This document shows, piece after piece, positions 58,585 through 64,000 of a stretch of 64,000 nt of DNA. This DNA is from a virus, in the IMG/VR virus record IMGVR_UViG_3300028827_000100, positions 32,001-96,000 of that record. One strand, given 5' to 3'. The position numbers and the translations under genes are program-made. The notes under the pieces were generated by a model, which saw only the letters and a list, made by a program, of their open reading frames with translations, ran no database searches and was not told the DNA's origin. Positions within the stretch are counted from its first letter, which is position 1; each line of letters begins with the position of its first letter.

Positions 58585-61500
58585 TACACCTCCATGTACA
58601 TTCAGATTACAGTCTGCTTGATGGGTTGTGTAAAATAGACTCTCTTTTCGAGAAAGCAAAAGAGGCTGAACACGAGGCGATTGCAATAACAGACCACGGC
58701 AATCTTGATTGCTATGTTAAAGCCTTGAAAGCATCTCAAAAATACGGGGTTAAATATATACCTGCTGTTGAGATGTATCTTGCAAACAACGTTCATAAAG
58801 TTGAGCCGAAAGAAAAATACAGGCATTTATGCCTGTACGCCCTTAACATGGATGGGTTGTCAGAGCTGTTCAGAATACTTGGGTATGCAAATCAGAAGTT
58901 TGTAAGAAAGCCTATTGTGGATATTGATACTTTAACAAAAGATTTTGACCTTACAAACATTGCCGTGAGCACGGCGTGTTTGTATGGTATATTGTCGTAT
59001 AACAACTGTGAAGAACAGATAGAAAAACTCATTGATGCCACAGACAATCTGTTTATTGAAATAATGCCGCACAACATTGATGAACAGGTACAAATGAACG
59101 AAAGGGCTGTTTTTGTAGCGGAAGACTACAACCTTCCGCTAATAGCAACTAATGATGTTCATTATATAGAAGCAGAGCACGTGAACAGTCACGATGTTTT
59201 GCTTGCAATAAACACAAACAGAAAAGTAAATGACAAGGACAGGTTCAGGTTCAAGATACGTTCATTATATTACTGTACTGAAGATGAGATGCTGAAGATG
59301 TTTAGAAAACAAAAATCAGTCAGGATTGCAACTGCTGTTAAAGCCATTGATAATACCAATCGCCTGTGTGAACTTGTTGATTTTAAATCTTTTGGTGGAT
59401 ATGGTGTAGAGTTAAATGTTTCAGGGTATAAGAGAAAGAATTTTATGCGTCTGATAGAGATGAGATTCAGAAACATTCTCAAGAAAATTCCTGCGCACAA
59501 AAAAGAGATTTACAGGGAAAGACTAAAAAAGGAGCTTGATTTGATTGTAAGAAAAAAATTTGATACGTATTTTTACGTTGTTTATGACATTATAAAATAT
59601 GCAAGAAACAATGGAATTTATGTGGGATGCGGTCGTGGAAGCGTTGGCGGGTCACTACTTGCATATGTACTTGGAATAACAACGGTTGACCCTATTAAAT
59701 TTGGCCTGTCCTTTGAAAGGTTTATTGCAGAAGACAGAATAGATTTGCCGGATATAGATATGGATTTTGAAGATAGAAAGAGAGATATTGTTATACAGTA
59801 TATATCTGAAAAATATGGAAGGGATGGGACGTGTAACATTTCAACATTCGGTCAGTTGAAACCGAAAGGTGTTATAAGGGATGTGGCAAGAATACATGAC
59901 GTTTCACGCAAAGACATAGACATGGTTTCAAAAAATCTTATCAAGGTTTCAGATGACGACAACGTTGAAAAACTTGCAGAGGAGAATGAAGTTGTTGCAG
60001 ATTTTTTCATGAAATACCCGGAGCTACTTGAACATTCAAAGAATCTCGAAAACGTCATTCGCAATTCCGGTGTTCATGCCGCTGGGATAGTTGTGTGCGA
60101 ACAGGACATAAATGAAACGGGGAGGGGGTATCTTGTAAAGAGAAACAATAAGTATGTGTTAAACTGGGATAAAGATGATGCAGAGTATATGGGCTTTATC
60201 AAATATGATATTCTTGGCCTTAATACTTTAACGGTTATTTCTGAATGTATAAGGCTTATAGAGGAGAGGCATGGTGAATTTGTAGACGTATACAGTTTGC
60301 CCCTGAATGACAGGAAAACTCTCTCTCTTTTTGAGAAGGGTGATACTACTGGAGTATTCCAGTTTTCATCGGGTGGAATGAAACAGCTTTTAAAGAATTT
60401 TGGCATAGATAAGTTTCACGACCTATGCGTTATCAATGCGTTATACAGGCCCGGTACTCTTGGCGGGGGTATTCACGAAAAATATATTTCAGTAAAACGT
60501 GGTGAGGATGAACCTAATTTTTATGGCTCTGAAGCATACAGAAGGGTAACAAAGAATACTTATGGATTCATTATTTATCAGGAACAGTTACTAAAAGTTT
60601 TTACCGAATTTGGATTTACATATTCGGAAGCAGATAAGATAAGAAAGATATGCTCTAAAAAGAAGGGTAAAAGTGAAATAGTTAAATACAAGAAAAGGTT
60701 TGTAGAGTATGCAGTAAAAAATGCTGGTATGAAAAAGAGTGATGCATCGGACTTATTTGATACTCTCGAAAATTTTGCCGAATATGCGTTTAACCTTGCC
60801 CATGCAACGGAATATGCAATGATAGGATACTGGACTGCATATTTAAAATGTCATTATTACGATGAGTATATGCAGTCTCTTTTGACATATGGCAGTGAAC
60901 ACAACAGGCAGGAATATATAGATGAATTAATGAGCAGGGGATACAAATTTAGAAATGTGAATATAAACAGGTCAAGTGCTATAGATTGGGTTGTTTTGGA
61001 TGGAGAAGTTTATCTTCCCTTTATTTCAATCCTTGGAATAGGGGAAAAGGCCGCCCGTGTTCTTGAGCAAGCGAGAAATCTGCATGGAGAAATCAGTACG
61101 CCGGAACAACTCTTTCAGGTTGTCCCGGACAGAAAAGCGGTAAATAAAAGGATTGTGAATTTGCTTATTGATGCAGGTGCTTTTGATGACAATTCTAAAA
61201 TAAAAAAGGAAATGCTCAAAGTAAAAATAACATTTGCAGAAGAAGTGCTTGATTTATACAGGAGATGGTTGTCTTCGAACAATGCGGGTCTTGTTAAGGT
61301 GCAAAAGAAACTCAAAGATGGGAAGAAAGTGATAGTTAATTTTGTAGAGGACGATTTGAATGAGAATGTTTTTGTGAATGTCAAACACGATACTTATGCC
61401 TCTATTGCAGAAGGTGATTTGTATTATGCCGGTTTTTCTGGTAAAAACATGCTTGGCATTGCTACAACAGAACAAATGCGCAAGCTCGAACTTGATTCTA

Positions 61501-62102
61501 CCGGAGCGAATATACAGGTTATATCAGGAATTGAAGATGCAAGTGTGGTCAGAAGAAAGATTAAGAAATGTTCAAGGTGTCAATTGAGAAGTGAGTGTAG
61601 AGAGCCTGTGGCAGGTGAATACAACAGTAATATTCTGCTTGTGGGGGAGGCTCCGGGGAGAGATGAGGACAGGTATGGAAAGCCGTTTGTCGGGAAAGCC
61701 GGACAATTGCTGTTTAAAGTTCTTGGGAAATATGGTGTAGAAAGGTCAGATGTGAGCATAATAAATACGGTTAAGTGTTGGCCGTCAAAAACAAAAACGC
61801 CAGACAGTGAACACGTGAAAGCATGTAAAAGCCACTTTGTAAGGGAAATAAAACATATAGAGCCGGTTATAATTTTATCTCTTGGCTCTATCGCATCAAA
61901 AGTTTTAAGTGACAACGATTCATTCAAGATAACTGAAAACGCTGGCACTTGTGAATATAATGACAAGATAGGGGCATGGGTTATGTATTGTCTTCACCCT
62001 TCCCATGTATTGAGGGGATATGAAAAGGACAGGGTAAAGTTGTTTACAGAGACTATAAGGTCTTTTGTTGAGAAAATAATATTTTTAAATGGAGGCGAAT
62101 AA
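58581..62102 (+). CDS. dnaE: DNA polymerase III alpha subunit fused to a C-terminal family-4 uracil-DNA glycosylase
   Basis: PHP HLHVHSDYSLLDG, TDHG, TNDVHY; GRGS, PDIDMDF, HAAG, KYDILG, FNLAHA. From ~61545: CSRC, GEAPG, PFVG, NTVKC...C, LHPS. Confidence 0.92.
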   Translation: MIHLHVHSDYSLLDGLCKIDSLFEKAKEAEHEAIAITDHGNLDCYVKALKASQKYGVKYIPAVEMYLANNVHKVEPKEKYRHLCLYALNMDGLSELFRILGYANQKFVRKPIVDIDTLTKDFDLTNIAVSTACLYGILSYNNCEEQIEKLIDATDNLFIEIMPHNIDEQVQMNERAVFVAEDYNLPLIATNDVHYIEAEHVNSHDVLLAINTNRKVNDKDRFRFKIRSLYYCTEDEMLKMFRKQKSVRIATAVKAIDNTNRLCELVDFKSFGGYGVELNVSGYKRKNFMRLIEMRFRNILKKIPAHKKEIYRERLKKELDLIVRKKFDTYFYVVYDIIKYARNNGIYVGCGRGSVGGSLLAYVLGITTVDPIKFGLSFERFIAEDRIDLPDIDMDFEDRKRDIVIQYISEKYGRDGTCNISTFGQLKPKGVIRDVARIHDVSRKDIDMVSKNLIKVSDDDNVEKLAEENEVVADFFMKYPELLEHSKNLENVIRNSGVHAAGIVVCEQDINETGRGYLVKRNNKYVLNWDKDDAEYMGFIKYDILGLNTLTVISECIRLIEERHGEFVDVYSLPLNDRKTLSLFEKGDTTGVFQFSSGGMKQLLKNFGIDKFHDLCVINALYRPGTLGGGIHEKYISVKRGEDEPNFYGSEAYRRVTKNTYGFIIYQEQLLKVFTEFGFTYSEADKIRKICSKKKGKSEIVKYKKRFVEYAVKNAGMKKSDASDLFDTLENFAEYAFNLAHATEYAMIGYWTAYLKCHYYDEYMQSLLTYGSEHNRQEYIDELMSRGYKFRNVNINRSSAIDWVVLDGEVYLPFISILGIGEKAARVLEQARNLHGEISTPEQLFQVVPDRKAVNKRIVNLLIDAGAFDDNSKIKKEMLKVKITFAEEVLDLYRRWLSSNNAGLVKVQKKLKDGKKVIVNFVEDDLNENVFVNVKHDTYASIAEGDLYYAGFSGKNMLGIATTEQMRKLELDSTGANIQVISGIEDASVVRRKIKKCSRCQLRSECREPVAGEYNSNILLVGEAPGRDEDRYGKPFVGKAGQLLFKVLGKYGVERSDVSIINTVKCWPSKTKTPDSEHVKACKSHFVREIKHIEPVIILSLGSIASKVLSDNDSFKITENAGTCEYNDKIGAWVMYCLHPSHVLRGYEKDRVKLFTETIRSFVEKIIFLNGGE

Positions 62103-63049
62103 TGTTTCATACTAAATACAGACCAAAAAATCTCCTTCAGTTTTATGGTAATGAAGAAGTTGTATCGGCAATAAAATTGATGCTGAAAGACGAAATCAAG
62201 CCGTATGCTTTTCTTATCACGGGTGAAAAGGGGACTGGGAAAACAACACTTGCAAGAATAATAGCAAAGAAACTTGGTGCAAGTGATTTAAGTTTGACGG
62301 AATTAAACTCTGCCGATATGAGAGGTATAGATACTTCAAGAGAAATAATAAATACATCTGCATATTCAACTTTTTTCGGCGATGTCAGGGTATATATATT
62401 TGACGAAGCTCATTCACAAACAAGGGAGGCGCAGGAAGCATTATTGAAATTACTTGAGTCGCCACCACGGAGAACACACTACATTTTTTGCACAACAAAT
62501 CCAGAAAAAATGCTTGATACTCTCAAGAGGAGATGCGTTCATTATCATTTAAAACCTCTCTCTTTCGATGAAAGAAAAAGGTTGTTTGATACTGTTGCTA
62601 AAAAGGAAAAGATAGAATATGACGATGATGTAAGAGAGCTTATTGTGGAAGAATCTCTTGGCAATCCTTCAATGTTGTTGTTGTATATGTATGAGTGTAG
62701 GGGATTAACGTATGAACAGGCCAGAAGTGTTATCAGGAGTCACGTGGACGATACAGACGAAGACATTATAGAACTTTGCAGAATGTTTCTGAAACCTCAA
62801 AGGATGAAGTGGAGTAAAATCATATCTGCTATTGACGCTATTCTTGAGAGGGTTTCGGCTGAAACGTTAAGGTTGACTATGTATAGCTATTACACTACCA
62901 TGTTAAAAAAAGCGAAAACTGACGAAGACATTTTATTTTCAATAGCCATACTTGAAGAAATTGACAGCCCGGTTTACGACAATGCTAATGGGAATAGAAG
63001 GATTATATATATGCTTGCCCGTGTTTATGCCACATTGAAAGGTCTATAA
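62102..63049 (+). CDS. Clamp loader AAA+ ATPase (DnaX gamma/tau-like)
   Basis: KYRP, GEKGTGKTT, DEAH, ALLK.LE.PP, TTNPEK, RRC. Confidence 0.88.
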   Translation: MFHTKYRPKNLLQFYGNEEVVSAIKLMLKDEIKPYAFLITGEKGTGKTTLARIIAKKLGASDLSLTELNSADMRGIDTSREIINTSAYSTFFGDVRVYIFDEAHSQTREAQEALLKLLESPPRRTHYIFCTTNPEKMLDTLKRRCVHYHLKPLSFDERKRLFDTVAKKEKIEYDDDVRELIVEESLGNPSMLLLYMYECRGLTYEQARSVIRSHVDDTDEDIIELCRMFLKPQRMKWSKIISAIDAILERVSAETLRLTMYSYYTTMLKKAKTDEDILFSIAILEEIDSPVYDNANGNRRIIYMLARVYATLKGL

Positions 63050-63118
63050 GTAAAATTTATATCAGTATTAGTAATAGACTTATAATATAAAAAAATTAAT
63101 AAGTGTAATCAGTATATA

Positions 63119-63151
63119 GTATAATATATATGCCGGGGGTAGTGTGTCCAC
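63119..63151 (+). promoter_or_regulatory. Conserved 33-bp element, copy B
   Basis: GTATAATATATATGCCGGGGGTAGTGTGTCCAC after a ~70-bp AT-rich tract; 30/33 identical to copy A. Confidence 0.7.
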
Positions 63152-63194
63152 ACACCCATTTTTACACACACTTTTTCACACTCAAGGAGGTAGT

Positions 63195-63722
63195 ATGAAA
63201 AAAGCAAAGGTAAAGGCAAAGGTAAAGGCAAAGACTGCGGAGGGGGTTGATTCTACTCTCAAGAAAAGACTCTCATTCGATGAGAGTAACATGGAAACTC
63301 ATATCATGCAACAAGCGGCATGGTATGAGTTTTATGGAGAGATGTGGGCAGAGGCGGTTCGCAACGTGTCTTCTCTTCAAATCAAGCTCGAAGCCCTTTA
63401 TGCTGAACTTGATGCAGAAATAAGGGCGAAGGCAGACAGGGCCGGAGAGAAGATAACAGAAGCAAAGATAGCCGCTTCCATCAAATCGGACAAGCGATAT
63501 ATTCGGGCGAAAGAGGAGCTTGTCGAAGCAGAGTTTGAGGCTAACCGATGTTATATTATAAGGCAGGCTTTCCAGCAAAAGAAAGATATGCTTGACGTTC
63601 TTATGCGGAAAGCCATCAAGGATATGTTTGCGGATGTCAGTACGACAGGCCTTGTCGATAAAACATCCGCTAATCTCATACGGAACAAAATGAAGAAATC
63701 CAAAAAGAAAGGGGGTGAGTAA
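63195..63722 (+). CDS. UvsY-like recombination mediator (coiled-coil)
   Basis: AAGGAGG SD before ATG 63195; KITEAKIAASIKSDKRY...AFQQKKDML pattern; precedes the SSB-like gene. Confidence 0.6.
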   Translation: MKKAKVKAKVKAKTAEGVDSTLKKRLSFDESNMETHIMQQAAWYEFYGEMWAEAVRNVSSLQIKLEALYAELDAEIRAKADRAGEKITEAKIAASIKSDKRYIRAKEELVEAEFEANRCYIIRQAFQQKKDMLDVLMRKAIKDMFADVSTTGLVDKTSANLIRNKMKKSKKKGGE

Positions 63723-64000
63723 GTGAAAAAGTTAAAGAAGTTCAAAAAGCCAAGCGGGAAGAAGAAATCCCTGAAGGCAGGCAGGAAATTCAAGTTTGCC
63801 ACTGCCGATGCTATTAAGAAAAGAATAGAGAATATCGGCAAGGGGCGGTGGGCAACGTATCTGTCGGATACATATGACAGGTACAAAATCAAACAGGGAG
63901 ACAATTTCATTAGATTGCTCCCTTTGATTTTGCCTGAAGATGTCGAAGGCGATTTTGCCTATGACATTTATGTCCACAGCCGTCTCGGTGCAAACAGCGA
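63723..64000 (+). CDS. gp32-like single-stranded DNA-binding protein (5' part, truncated by the window end)
   Basis: GTG start after GGGGGTG; hand translation ...KIKQGDNFIRLLP...FAYDIYVHSRLG, matching the GxNxIRxLP...VH pattern of phage SSBs. Confidence 0.65.
   Translation, partial: MKKLKKFKKPSGKKKSLKAGRKFKFATADAIKKRIENIGKGRWATYLSDTYDRYKIKQGDNFIRLLPLILPEDVEGDFAYDIYVHSRLGANS

Noticed and set aside
61545-62102. UDG domain as UdgX (covalent uracil trap)
   Set aside because: The KRRIH loop of UdgX is not present; the motifs fit ordinary family 4.
10165-62102. Inteins or introns in TerL, helicases or DnaE
   Set aside because: No splice-junction or homing-endonuclease motifs seen; the extra length is explained by a Zn insert and the UDG domain.
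305-63977. Many minus-strand and nested ORFs in the track (e.g. 3662..4492, 19452..20168, 28271..29095, 52186..53010, 63732..63977)
   Set aside because: They overlap well-supported + strand genes, show no recognisable motifs and have shadow-ORF composition.
1-64000. Alternative genetic code, tRNA genes, integrase or attachment sites
   Set aside because: Standard-code ORFs tile the window using all three stops; no cloverleaf or recombinase motif was seen. tRNAscan was not run.

Overview
This window is a 64-kb slice of a large tailed bacteriophage with a contractile tail (myovirus morphotype, HK97-type head). Essentially all credible genes lie on the + strand, are tightly packed and mostly carry GGAGG/GGGGG-type Shine-Dalgarno sites. 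Gene order: (1) 0.1-9.3 kb, a head-type small-domain protein, a permuted NlpC/P60 hydrolase, a membrane protein and an auxiliary fibre/decoration cluster; (2) 9.4-20.1 kb, terminase small and large subunits, portal, prohead protease, core/scaffold proteins, decoration protein and major capsid protein; (3) 20.9-48.2 kb, neck, sheath, tube, tail chaperone with a -1 frameshift signal, tape measure, hub, spike, baseplate and fibres; (4) 48.5-64 kb, a replication module with 5'-3' exonuclease, DnaB-like and SNF2-like helicases, an orphan DNA methyltransferase, primase, a histone-H1-like protein in its own sigma70 unit, a beta-clamp-like protein, DnaE, a DnaX-like clamp loader, a UvsY-like protein and a gp32-like SSB (truncated). 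Most notable: (a) the Pol III alpha subunit has an intact proofreading-type PHP domain and a C-terminally fused [4Fe-4S] family-4 uracil-DNA glycosylase, within a near-complete phage Pol III-type replisome; (b) a 33-bp element (30/33 identical) recurs behind AT-rich tracts at the heads of two replication operons; (c) a stand-alone histone-H1-like gene; (d) a fibre-like protein made of 14 x 14-residue repeats; (e) a domain-shuffled second fibre cluster. All product calls come from motif recognition and synteny only; no database searches were run, so novelty is not established.
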